41,032 nucleotides of DNA from Chthonomonas calidirosea (GCA_945859975.1 CAMAPH010000024.1:1-41032); one strand, 5' to 3'; counted from the stretch's first letter, positions 9,149 to 17,432 are shown. Notes: a model not told the origin generated them from the sequence alone. A program made the numbers and translations.

Positions 9149-10360
9149 TTACTCGTAACGAAGCGCTTCGATTGGCTGAAGCCGTGATGCGCGAAGCGCG
9201 GGATAAAGCCCGAAGAACAAGCCGACTGCTGCCGAGAATCCAAACGCAACGATAATGGCTGTGCTGTTAATCACCGGAGGAACCTTTAGCGCTTGGGCCA
9301 CGAATGCAACGCTACTCAGCCCCATCAGGATGCCAAACGAGCCGCCCACCGTGCACATGACCACGCTCTCGAGCAAGAACTGCCCCAAGATCGTTTCCCG
9401 CTTGGCCCCGATCGCCTTACGAAGGCCGATTTCTCGCGTTCGCTCGGTAACGGAAACCAGCATGATGTTCATGATTCCGATGCCGCCAACAAGAAGCGAC
9501 ACGGAAGCGATACCTGCGAGAAGGGTCGAAAGCAGACGCGTTTGCTGCTCCATTTGCTCGATCCATTCGCCCTGGTTAATCACTCGGAAGAGCGGCTCGC
9601 CGCCGGCGTTCTTTCGCTTTTTGCCGAGTGTCTCTTCGACCTGCTGCTGCATGATCGGCAACAATTCGGCGCTCACGCCCTGGATCACGATGTTATCGAG
9701 GTTTGTTCGGCCGAGCAACCGCGTTTTGGCTGTCGACAGCGGAATGTAAATCTGGTCGTCGGGGTTCCACATTCCCGACCCGCCCTTATAGGCCACAACT
9801 CCGATCACTTCGAAGGTTTGGTTCTTGATGCGAATGGTAGTGCCGATCGCATTGTCGTCGCCAAACAGCTCTTGGTAGGCCAGGAATCCGAGAACCGCCT
9901 TGCGGTTCGCCTCGGCTTCATCCTCCATCGTGTACCAGGTGCCTTGGTGCATCTTGGTCGCATTGCGGATAATGGCGACCTGTGGCTGTGCACCACTAAT
10001 CTGGGTCGAGTAGTTGATGTTCTTAAACTTGACGCTTGATCGCGCACCGACTGAGCCGGTAATGAGTTCGATGAGCGGAACCGAGCGCTTCAGGTCGCCG
10101 ACATCCTCATCCTTCAAAGTCGGAATGTCGTTGGGACCGCCGGCCACGTTGCCGCGGCGCCAGTTCGGCATCACGGTGAGCATGTTCGTGCCCATCACCT
10201 GAATGTTTTCGACCGACTTCTTTTTGGTGCCTTCACCAATGCCGATCATTGCGATCACCGACCCAACTCCGATGACCACGCCGAGCATGGTGAGGGCCGA
10301 CCGCAGCTTGTTAGCTGCAATCGCCCGAAGGGCAGTTCCAATCGCGTCGGCAATGTTCAT
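9149..10360 (-). CDS. MacB/FtsX-type ABC transporter permease
   Basis: NKLRSALTMLGVVIGV, SLLVGGIGIMNIMLVSVTERTREIGLRKAIGA and FFGLYPALRASRLQPIEALRYE. Confidence 0.95.
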   Translation of the reverse strand: MNIADAIGTALRAIAANKLRSALTMLGVVIGVGSVIAMIGIGEGTKKKSVENIQVMGTNMLTVMPNWRRGNVAGGPNDIPTLKDEDVGDLKRSVPLIELITGSVGARSSVKFKNINYSTQISGAQPQVAIIRNATKMHQGTWYTMEDEAEANRKAVLGFLAYQELFGDDNAIGTTIRIKNQTFEVIGVVAYKGGSGMWNPDDQIYIPLSTAKTRLLGRTNLDNIVIQGVSAELLPIMQQQVEETLGKKRKNAGGEPLFRVINQGEWIEQMEQQTRLLSTLLAGIASVSLLVGGIGIMNIMLVSVTERTREIGLRKAIGAKRETILGQFLLESVVMCTVGGSFGILMGLSSVAFVAQALKVPPVINSTAIIVAFGFSAAVGLFFGLYPALRASRLQPIEALRYE

Positions 10361-10405
10361 GATCTAACCGCTACTACTGAAGTACGTCTTGGTAACTTCA
10401 AATCG

Positions 10406-12154
10406 TTACCGGGGTCGAGCTCCGCCGCCTGCACCGGCACCACCGCCAGTCGTAGCTCGCGGTCGGTTCTGGTTCGGGCGTCCGCCGCCACCGGCCAATC
10501 CGCCGCCTTCTTGGGCTTCCTTCATCTTGCGCTGAATCTCTCGAAGTTCCGCGACATCGATTTCGGCCGTAACAACCTCTTCGCCAACCTTCAAACCGGA
10601 CTTGATCTCGATGCCTTCATTTCCGGCTTCGCCAATTTCAACCGTTCTGACTTCTGGCTTCTTCGGGTCGGTTGACTTGACACGGACGGTGGACTTGCCG
10701 TCCTCGCCAGCCGTGACCGCTTGCGAAGGGGCAACCAGAACGTCGTTTAGCTCCATCGTAATGAACTCGCAAGTTGCGTTCATTCCAGGAACAACCGGCA
10801 CTTTGTTGTCGGCATTGATCTTTACCCGGACCTTGACAGCCGTAATGTTGTTAACGGTCGTGGCGGCTGGGTTAACCCGGGTTACCTTGCCTTCGAGTTT
10901 CTGGTTAGGGAAGCCTTCGGTGGTTACGCTGACCTTCTGGCCAACTTTCACGGCAGCTACATCTGCTTCGTCCACCGCGCATTCCACGTACAGCTCGGTG
11001 ACATCCGAAATCTGAACGAGCGACGTGCCCTGGGCAAAGGTGCTGGCTCCTGGAGGGATGATCGTTCCTTCTTCGAGGTACTTCACCGTCACCACGCCAT
11101 CTCGTGGCGCGACAACGGTGGTGCTGTCTAAATTGATCTTTGCGTTTCGCTCCGAGACGCGGCTGCGAACGGTGCTCGCCTTTGCGCCGATGAGCTCTGA
11201 TCGCCGAATTGCGACCTGCTCGCGGTTGTCCTGAGCTATTTGGAGGGCAATTTCTGCCGAGCGGACCGCTTGCTTCGCTTCAGCAAGATTGGTTTTCAGG
11301 ACCGCATCCTGAGTCGAGTTGGCCTTCGCCTGGCTCAGAGCCGCGCGAGTTCGCGCGATCTCGGCGTTCGCGGAGGCGATCTGAATTCGGGCCGAGTCGT
11401 CAATCGTTTTGAGGCGCTGCGTCGCCGAAGCTAGGTTGGATTTGGCCGTTGCAAGCGTTCTGCGAGCGTTGTCAACCGCCGATGCCGCCACGTAGCCCTG
11501 CTGAAGTAGTGATTGCTGACGGGTGAGTTCGGCTTCCGCCGTGTTCACGGAGGTCTGGGTATCGGTCACTCCGTTCTGAGCGTCGGCGCGCTGCTGAGGA
11601 ATGTCGACCTTCTGAAGTCGCTCAAGCGCCGCAAGGCTGGCTTCGAGGTTTGCCTGCGCGGTTCGCACTGCCGCAGATGAAAGCTCTGGCTGGCGGGACG
11701 CTTCAATCGTTGATCGTTCGAGCCTTGTCTTGGCCGCCGCAAGGGAGTTGCGGGCGTCCTGAACTGCCGTCTCGGACTGCTTTATCTGCAGTTCTAAAGT
11801 GATCTCGGCTTGGCGCGCTCGAGCATTTGCGCTCTCCAAATCGGCGCTCGCCTGGTCATAGACCGCTTTGGTGTCCTCAGGATCGATGATCGCTATCAAG
11901 TCGCCTTGCTTCACGATCGAGCCTTCTTCGACCGCGAGCTTGACGACATTGCCTCCGGCTTTCGACTTCACGTCGACTGCCGTAAGGGCCACAACTTGTC
12001 CGCTTGCGGAGATCGAGCGACGCAACGTTCCTTTCTCCACCGCGGCATATCGGTACTCGACCTCTGCAACTTGGGTCTGGTTTTGGGTGGTGTAGTACCA
12101 GCCTCCAGCGCCGAGCGCGACTATGCCTACGATGATAAGGATCGTCTTTTTCAT
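10406..12154 (-). CDS. MacA/HlyD-like periplasmic adaptor with very long coiled coil and Gly-rich tail
   Basis: N-terminal TM; lipoyl half-motifs VEEGSIVKQGDLIA and VVAPRDGVV; VDEADV; VPGMNA. Confidence 0.92.
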   Translation of the reverse strand: MKKTILIIVGIVALGAGGWYYTTQNQTQVAEVEYRYAAVEKGTLRRSISASGQVVALTAVDVKSKAGGNVVKLAVEEGSIVKQGDLIAIIDPEDTKAVYDQASADLESANARARQAEITLELQIKQSETAVQDARNSLAAAKTRLERSTIEASRQPELSSAAVRTAQANLEASLAALERLQKVDIPQQRADAQNGVTDTQTSVNTAEAELTRQQSLLQQGYVAASAVDNARRTLATAKSNLASATQRLKTIDDSARIQIASANAEIARTRAALSQAKANSTQDAVLKTNLAEAKQAVRSAEIALQIAQDNREQVAIRRSELIGAKASTVRSRVSERNAKINLDSTTVVAPRDGVVTVKYLEEGTIIPPGASTFAQGTSLVQISDVTELYVECAVDEADVAAVKVGQKVSVTTEGFPNQKLEGKVTRVNPAATTVNNITAVKVRVKINADNKVPVVPGMNATCEFITMELNDVLVAPSQAVTAGEDGKSTVRVKSTDPKKPEVRTVEIGEAGNEGIEIKSGLKVGEEVVTAEIDVAELREIQRKMKEAQEGGGLAGGGGRPNQNRPRATTGGGAGAGGGARPR

Positions 12155-12157
12155 GGA

Positions 12158-13456
12158 CTATTCGCCGGGAAGGGGCTTGCCCGTCACAAGTTTCAGCCTA
12201 AGGTCACTAATCAGAGAGTCATAAACTGCCTCGATGTAGTTGCTCTCTGCGGTGACCAAAGAAACTTGAGCGGTCAAAACTTCAATGAGGTCGCTGGCTC
12301 CAGCCTGCTGTGCACCAAGCGCGGCGGCGTAGTTGACGCGGGCAGCTTCTACGGCGGCTTTTGCCGCGGCCAGTCGGTCGACGTTTTGCTCAAGCGTCGT
12401 GTAGGCGCTTTCAATTTCTGCCCTTGCGGTTCGTTCAGCTTGGGTTAACGTTTGAACGTTCGATTCCAAAGTCGCTCGGTCCTGCCGAACGTTGGCGCGT
12501 CGGAATCCGCCATCGAAAAGGGGATAGCTCAGCGTGAGGTTGAGCGATTGGTTGGCACCTTGGTTGGGTGAAAACTGATAGGTGTATCCGCCATCCAGGT
12601 TGAAGGCCACGCCGGCGTTGATCAGCGACTGCTTAAGGGCGAACTTTTGGGCTTCGAGACGCTTTCGCTGTGCACGAAGATCCGGGCGAATATCCATCGC
12701 CGATTTGAACAAGCCCTCGAGGTCCGAAGGCTTTTCGAGCTGTGGCTCTGAATCGGCGGCAACCAGGGTTGGGAGCGGTTCAAACTGATCGATTCCGACT
12801 GAAGCCTTTAGTGTTGCGCCGTTGTTAGCAACCCGGTTTCGTGCGGCAATCGTATTGACCTGCGCGTTCAATGCATCGGCACTGGCCTGAAGGATGTCCT
12901 TTCGGGCGGCGTCGCCGACTTCAACCCGCTTCTTGGTCTGCTCCAGAATCGCGTTTGCTCGGATCACCTGCGAATCCGTTACCTTCAGAAGCTCTTGAGC
13001 TCGCAGCGTCTCGTAGTATTGCTGCTGAACGTTGAACAAAGTCTGCCGGACCGTCTGCGACAAGGTGAATTGCGTCGCATCCGCGTTGCGCTTGGCGAGT
13101 CGGAAAGCCGCGTCTCGTTGACCGGAATCGAGGAAAGTCCAGTTTCCGTCTATTTGTGACTGCTTCTGGTCAAAAACGAAGGTCCGGCTACCAAACTGTG
13201 CGCTGGCCGTTTCCTGCCGTAGGTATTGGTACCGAAATCCCGGGGTGACGGTTGGGAGGAATGCACTGTAGGACGCCTGACTCCGTGCCTTCGCGGCATC
13301 GAGATCTGCAAAGGCAGCGCGTATGGTTCCGTTTCTCTCTTTGGTGAGCCGAACGACGTCGTCCAGGGTGAGTTTGGTCAGGGGACTGGCTTCCTGTGCC
13401 TGGGAAAAAGCCATTCCGGCGAGGCTGGTCAGGAGTAACGTAAACGGCAAACGCAT
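12158..13456 (-). CDS. TolC-family outer membrane channel
   Basis: Signal peptide MRLPFTLLLTSLAGMAFSQA; OEP-type repeats (QQYYETLRAQ, LSYPLFDGG, DLIEVLTAQ); first gene of the exporter operon. Confidence 0.9.
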   Translation of the reverse strand: MRLPFTLLLTSLAGMAFSQAQEASPLTKLTLDDVVRLTKERNGTIRAAFADLDAAKARSQASYSAFLPTVTPGFRYQYLRQETASAQFGSRTFVFDQKQSQIDGNWTFLDSGQRDAAFRLAKRNADATQFTLSQTVRQTLFNVQQQYYETLRAQELLKVTDSQVIRANAILEQTKKRVEVGDAARKDILQASADALNAQVNTIAARNRVANNGATLKASVGIDQFEPLPTLVAADSEPQLEKPSDLEGLFKSAMDIRPDLRAQRKRLEAQKFALKQSLINAGVAFNLDGGYTYQFSPNQGANQSLNLTLSYPLFDGGFRRANVRQDRATLESNVQTLTQAERTARAEIESAYTTLEQNVDRLAAAKAAVEAARVNYAAALGAQQAGASDLIEVLTAQVSLVTAESNYIEAVYDSLISDLRLKLVTGKPLPGE

Positions 13457-13604
13457 AGCGCGAACCACGTTACCGTGATTTGTTTCTGCCCCTATGACTT
13501 TGTGCCCCCGCATCCCCAAGGTCATCTTACGCAATCGCGAACCCAGAAAGTTGCCCGACACACGTAAAATTGCGAGTTCGGACCACCTATTTCGCATGAT
13601 GCTC

Positions 13605-13636
13605 CTCACATAAATCTCATCTTTCGTCGGTACCGT
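13605..13636 (+). promoter_or_regulatory. Putative OmpR-family operator and leaderless promoter of the response regulator
   Basis: CTCACA-taaat-CTCATC direct repeat (11-bp period), then -10 box TACCGT (13631-13636) 7 nt before the ATG. Confidence 0.55.
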
Positions 13637-13643
13637 AACAACA

Positions 13644-14324
13644 ATGCGAATTCTGGTTGTGGAAGATGATCCAGTTATCGCGAGCAGAATCGCGGCCACG
13701 CTGGAAAGCGAGGGTTACACGACGCAGATTGCTTACAACGGCGAAGAGGCAAAGGCGTTTGCTGGGCAGGCGAGCTTTGGATTGGTCGTGCTCGACGTGA
13801 TGATGCCGAAGATGAATGGCCTCGAGTTTTGCCAGTACCTTCGGTCCAAGCGCGATCGAACGCCGGTTCTGATGCTGACCGCGAGAGACACCATTGATGA
13901 GCGGGTGCAGGGGCTGGATGCCGGCGCGGATGACTACCTGGTGAAGCCGTTTGACGTGCGGGAATTGACCGCGCGAGTTCGGGCTTTGGTACGGCGGGAC
14001 TGGGTGCAGCGGACGGGGATTTTGCGGGTGGCCGACCTTGAACTGGACACACAGGCGCATGTTGCCAAGCGGGCGGGACAGGAATTGAAACTGACCAAAA
14101 AAGAATATGTCTTGCTGGAAATACTTGCAAAGAACGAAGGGCGAATCGTGACTCGGGCTTTGCTGATGGACGCGCTTTGGCAGGACGAGGATCGGAACGA
14201 GAACACGATTAACTTTCACATTGCTTCGCTGCGAAAGAAGGTGGATGCGGGCGAGCAGGCGCGGCTGATTCACACGATGCATGGGCTGGGTTATTCGCTC
14301 CGTAGCACCGGAGACGCCGGGTGA
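13644..14324 (+). CDS. OmpR/PhoB-family response regulator
   Basis: MRILVVEDD, LDVMMP, LTAR, GADDYLVKPF; winged-helix LTKKEY...IHTMHGLGY. Confidence 0.96.
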   Translation: MRILVVEDDPVIASRIAATLESEGYTTQIAYNGEEAKAFAGQASFGLVVLDVMMPKMNGLEFCQYLRSKRDRTPVLMLTARDTIDERVQGLDAGADDYLVKPFDVRELTARVRALVRRDWVQRTGILRVADLELDTQAHVAKRAGQELKLTKKEYVLLEILAKNEGRIVTRALLMDALWQDEDRNENTINFHIASLRKKVDAGEQARLIHTMHGLGYSLRSTGDAG

Positions 14325-15820
14325 TTCAGGGGTCGTTTCGGCTTCGGCTGACGCTTTGGACGGCGGGGATTTTGGGCGTGAGCTTGATTGGGTTCACGTC
14401 GGCGCTTTACTTCACGCAGCGGGAGCGGTTGCGGGGGGACATTGACCGGGATATGCGGGGTTCGGCGGGGCGGTTTTTGCGCCCGCCGGGTCGGCAGGGC
14501 CAAGGTCCGGGGCAGGGTCCCGGACAAGGGCCTGGGGGGCCGGGTGGGCCTGGGTTTGGAATGGGGCGAGGTCCGGGGCCAGACGGGCCAGATGGGCCGG
14601 GAGGATTCGGGGGACCGCCGGGTGGGCGCCAGGGCAACTTGGCCCGGCTTTCGGCCGATCCTATTCGTTTTTATCGCGATGGTCAAGTGGTCAAGGCGGA
14701 TGGGTTTGCGGAGTTTCCGGACGGAAAGGTAGCGGCGATTTCGGCGGATGGCGCGAAGGTTGCGGTGAATGGTCGGGAGGACGTTCGGGTTGTGCAGGTC
14801 GACGGAACATCGGTGCGGGTGCTGTCGATTCCGTTTAAGGACCTGCAGGGGAATCCGGCGGCGGTTCAGGTGGCGCGGGGGCTGCGGGACTTTGAGTTTT
14901 GGGAACGATCGCAGGCGACGACGGTGGCGCTTTTTGTGCCGATTGCTTGCCTAATCGCCGGGCTTGGGGCTTGGTTGATTGCGACCCGCGGATTGCGGCC
15001 GGTGCAGGAGATGGCGGATGCGGCGGGGCAGATTTCGGGGCGGAACCTGAGCGGGCGGCTTCCGATTCGGGGGCAAGACGAATTGGCGGGGCTGGGAAGC
15101 CAATTCAACGAGGTGCTGGATCGACTGGAGGACGCCTTCGATCGGCAGCGGCGCTTTACCGCTGACGCTTCACATGAGTTGCGGACTCCCTTGACGCGGA
15201 TCCGGCTGGCGGCTTCGGAGCCGGGAACGGAGCCGGAGCAGTTGCGGGAGGCGCTGCGGGTTTGCGGGCAATCGGCGGAATCGATGACGCGATTGGTGGA
15301 TCAGCTTTTGGTGCTGAGCCGGGCGGATTCGGGCCGGAGTTGGCTGAAGGTCGTGGCGACCGATGTGCCGACGGTGGTGATTGCGGCCCTGGAGCGATTG
15401 CCGCTGAGCGCGACCGACCGGGTGGATTGCGTTTTGCCGGAGGAGGCGATTTCGCTGGACTGCGATATCGACGCGATGGCGCGGGTGCTCTCCAACCTAT
15501 TGGACAACGCGTTGCGGTACTCGCCCGAATCCGCTCGGGTGGAGTTGGCGGTTTGTGAGGTTGGCGATGAAGTCGAGTTTTCGGTTCGGGACCTTGGTCC
15601 CGGAATTTCCGAAAAGGACTTGCCGCACCTCTTCGAACGGTTTTATCGGGCGGATGAGGCCCGCTCAGGTTCAACTCATGCTGGTTTGGGCTTGTCGATT
15701 GTGCAAACCATCGTTTCGGCGCACGGTGGAACGGCCTCGGCGGAAAGCGAATTGGGGCGCGGATCGCGATTTATCGTAAAGCTTCCCAAAGCCAATAAAT
15801 TCCTCACAAGTGCCCCCTAG
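14321..15820 (+). CDS. HAMP-domain sensor histidine kinase with Gly/Pro-rich extracytoplasmic insert
   Basis: Two TMs; HAMP; H-box FTADASHELRTPL; N-box NLLDNALRY; DLGPGI, FERFYR and GLGLSI. GTG start overlaps the regulator stop. Confidence 0.95.
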   Translation: MIQGSFRLRLTLWTAGILGVSLIGFTSALYFTQRERLRGDIDRDMRGSAGRFLRPPGRQGQGPGQGPGQGPGGPGGPGFGMGRGPGPDGPDGPGGFGGPPGGRQGNLARLSADPIRFYRDGQVVKADGFAEFPDGKVAAISADGAKVAVNGREDVRVVQVDGTSVRVLSIPFKDLQGNPAAVQVARGLRDFEFWERSQATTVALFVPIACLIAGLGAWLIATRGLRPVQEMADAAGQISGRNLSGRLPIRGQDELAGLGSQFNEVLDRLEDAFDRQRRFTADASHELRTPLTRIRLAASEPGTEPEQLREALRVCGQSAESMTRLVDQLLVLSRADSGRSWLKVVATDVPTVVIAALERLPLSATDRVDCVLPEEAISLDCDIDAMARVLSNLLDNALRYSPESARVELAVCEVGDEVEFSVRDLGPGISEKDLPHLFERFYRADEARSGSTHAGLGLSIVQTIVSAHGGTASAESELGRGSRFIVKLPKANKFLTSAP

Positions 15821-15823
15821 ACT
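15792..15823 (+). promoter_or_regulatory. Putative internal promoter and operator for the Gly-rich Spy/CpxP-like gene
   Basis: CCAATA-aattc-CTCACA followed by -10 box TAGACT (15818-15823); same spacing as the regulator promoter. Confidence 0.45.
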
Positions 15824-15839
15824 GATTCATGAGAGACAC

Positions 15840-16835
15840 ATGAAAAACCTCAAGTTTCGAGATCTAATCGTCGTTACTGCCCTGATGGCCGTTTGCGCGG
15901 CATCGATGGCGCAAGGGTTCCCGGACGGCGGACCTCAGCAGGGCCAAGGCGGACAGCGACGCGGTGGCTTTGGTCAAGGCGGACCTGGCGGCCAGGGCGG
16001 ACCTGGAATGCGCGGCGGCATGATGCAGGGCGGACCCGGCATTTTGATGCGCAGCGATGTTCAGAAAGAACTGAAGCTTTCGGAAGCCCAGATCGAGCAG
16101 GTTCGAGCGGCCTTCGGTCGCGGTCCTGGTGGCCCCGGCGGACAGGGTGGCCCCGGCGGCGGCTTCGGCGGACCTCCACAGGGTGGACCTGGCGGAGGCG
16201 GACAGGGTGGCTTCGGTGGTCCTCCGCAGGGAGGTCCTGGTGGGCAGGGCGGACAGCGTGGACAGGGCGGACCTGGAGGTCAGCGAGGTCCTGGCGGTCC
16301 CGGTGGACCGGGCGGAATGAACGACCAGATGCGGGCCCAGCAGGATGCCAAGGTTAAGGAAATCCTGAACGACAAGCAGTACTCCCGGTACAGCGAACTC
16401 GCGCTTCAGTTGGAAGGCACTCGCGCCATGAACCGAGACGACATCGCGAAGAAGCTCGACCTGAGCGACGATCAGCGCGAGCAGATTCGTGAGCTCACCC
16501 GACCTCAGGGTGGTCGCGGCGGCCAAGGCGGACCTGGAGGTACTGGCGGACAGGGCGGCTTCGGTGGTCCTCCTCCACAGGGCGGACCTGGTGGCCAGGG
16601 TGGCTTCGGCGGACCGGGAGGTCCTGGTGGCCAAGGCGGCCCTGGCGGGCAGCGCGGTCCTGGTGGACCCGGCGGGCAGGGTGGTCCGGGAATGGATCCG
16701 GAGCGCATGGAAGCCATGCGAAAGGAAGTCGACGCGAAAGTGCTCGCCATCCTTTCCAGCAACCAGAAGAAGAAGTGGGCTTCGATGCTCGGCAAAGAGT
16801 TCAAGTTCGAACGACAGGCCCCACGCGGTAACTGA
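15840..16835 (+). CDS. Secreted Spy/CpxP-like (LTxxQ) protein with long GPGG/GGQG low-complexity tracts
   Basis: Signal peptide MKNLKFRDLIVVTALMAVCAASMA; four LTxxQ-like motifs (LSEAQ, LNDKQ, LSDDQ, LSSNQ) arranged around three Gly/Pro/Gln tracts. Confidence 0.82.
   Translation: MKNLKFRDLIVVTALMAVCAASMAQGFPDGGPQQGQGGQRRGGFGQGGPGGQGGPGMRGGMMQGGPGILMRSDVQKELKLSEAQIEQVRAAFGRGPGGPGGQGGPGGGFGGPPQGGPGGGGQGGFGGPPQGGPGGQGGQRGQGGPGGQRGPGGPGGPGGMNDQMRAQQDAKVKEILNDKQYSRYSELALQLEGTRAMNRDDIAKKLDLSDDQREQIRELTRPQGGRGGQGGPGGTGGQGGFGGPPPQGGPGGQGGFGGPGGPGGQGGPGGQRGPGGPGGQGGPGMDPERMEAMRKEVDAKVLAILSSNQKKKWASMLGKEFKFERQAPRGN
15925..16692 (+). repeat. Degenerate coding tandem repeats (GGPGGQ, GGFGGPPQ, GGQRGPGG)
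   Basis: Recurring units such as ggcggacctgg, ggcttcggtggtcctcc and ggtcctggtgg in three blocks. Confidence 0.9.
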
Positions 16836-16845
16836 CGTTCCCATT

Positions 16846-16881
16846 CGCCCCTCCGGACTTCGGTTCGGAGGGGCGTTCTTT
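16846..16881 (+). terminator. Intrinsic terminator with UUCG tetraloop
   Basis: CGCCCCTCCGGAC-TTCG-GTTCGGAGGGGCG followed by TTCTTT. Confidence 0.88.
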
Positions 16882-16890
16882 CGTGTCCGG

Positions 16891-16939
16891 GCCGTAATTA
16901 ATTAACGTTCCCCCCTAAGCGGATTAATTAATTAACGGC
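16891..16939. repeat. AT-rich palindromic double box
   Basis: TAATTAATTAACG occurs at 16895 and 16925. The whole segment is also a near-perfect inverted repeat (GCCGTAATTAATTAA ... TTAATTAATTAACGGC). Confidence 0.85.
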
Positions 16940-16956
16940 TTTTGGCTTCGCTTTGG

Positions 16957-16990
16957 GTTCGGGTTGGTTCGGATTTGTTCGGAAGTTCGG
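16957..16990 (+). repeat. Four closely spaced GTTCGG units
   Basis: gttcgg-gttg-gttcgg-attt-gttcgg-aa-gttcgg. Confidence 0.75.
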
Positions 16991-17099
16991 GTTTGTTTGA
17001 AACCGGGAAGATCCGTGGCTCTCGCTTAATAGGTTACTGGGACTAGAAAAGTAAACCAACGTTTTCTGCGAGGGTAATGTTTTCAAAAGTGGCCTGCGT

Positions 17100-17432
17100 T
17101 TGGATGTGCCGGGCACATGCATACAACAGTCACCGCGAATCTCGAAGGTCGGATTGAATAGCTCTGTTTTGCAGGTGATTGGAACCGTAATGTTGGTTTC
17201 TGCGCTTTGGGTGGGTGCCGTGGCGCTCAAGTTGCGACGAGGGACTAAGAAGCGCGAGCATCTTTCCGAGATGGCGGTGCATCTTGCGATCGCAAGCTGG
17301 TTCGTATTCACGCCGGTGCTTTTTTCTATCGCCAAGCCTTATGCGGTCCATCTCACGCTTCTGGGCGCGGTGACTTTTATCATCGCCGCATTTCGTGTCA
17401 GACGGGCGATGAACTCTGGTGTCGGCGGCTGA
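17100..17432 (+). CDS. Small hypothetical membrane protein (about 3 TM; start uncertain)
   Basis: Three hydrophobic segments with basic loops; stop overlaps the next ATG (TGATG). Confidence 0.6.
   Translation: MDVPGTCIQQSPRISKVGLNSSVLQVIGTVMLVSALWVGAVALKLRRGTKKREHLSEMAVHLAIASWFVFTPVLFSIAKPYAVHLTLLGAVTFIIAAFRVRRAMNSGVGG

Noticed and set aside
15864..16844. 326-aa antisense ORF and other frames over the Gly-rich gene
   Set aside because: These are shadow ORFs caused by GC-rich repeats that lack stop codons.
15925..17000. CRISPR array
   Set aside because: The repeats are in-frame degenerate coding repeats or short motifs. There are no constant repeats with unique spacers and no cas genes.
16891..17060. 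dif site, oriC or integron attC
   Set aside because: I found no XerC/XerD consensus, no clustered DnaA boxes and no convincing RYYYAAC/GTTRRRY cassette structure.
16928..17335. 135-aa minus-strand ORF
   Set aside because: It overlaps a more plausible membrane-protein gene on the plus strand and shows no family signal. Only its tail is noted as a possible remnant.
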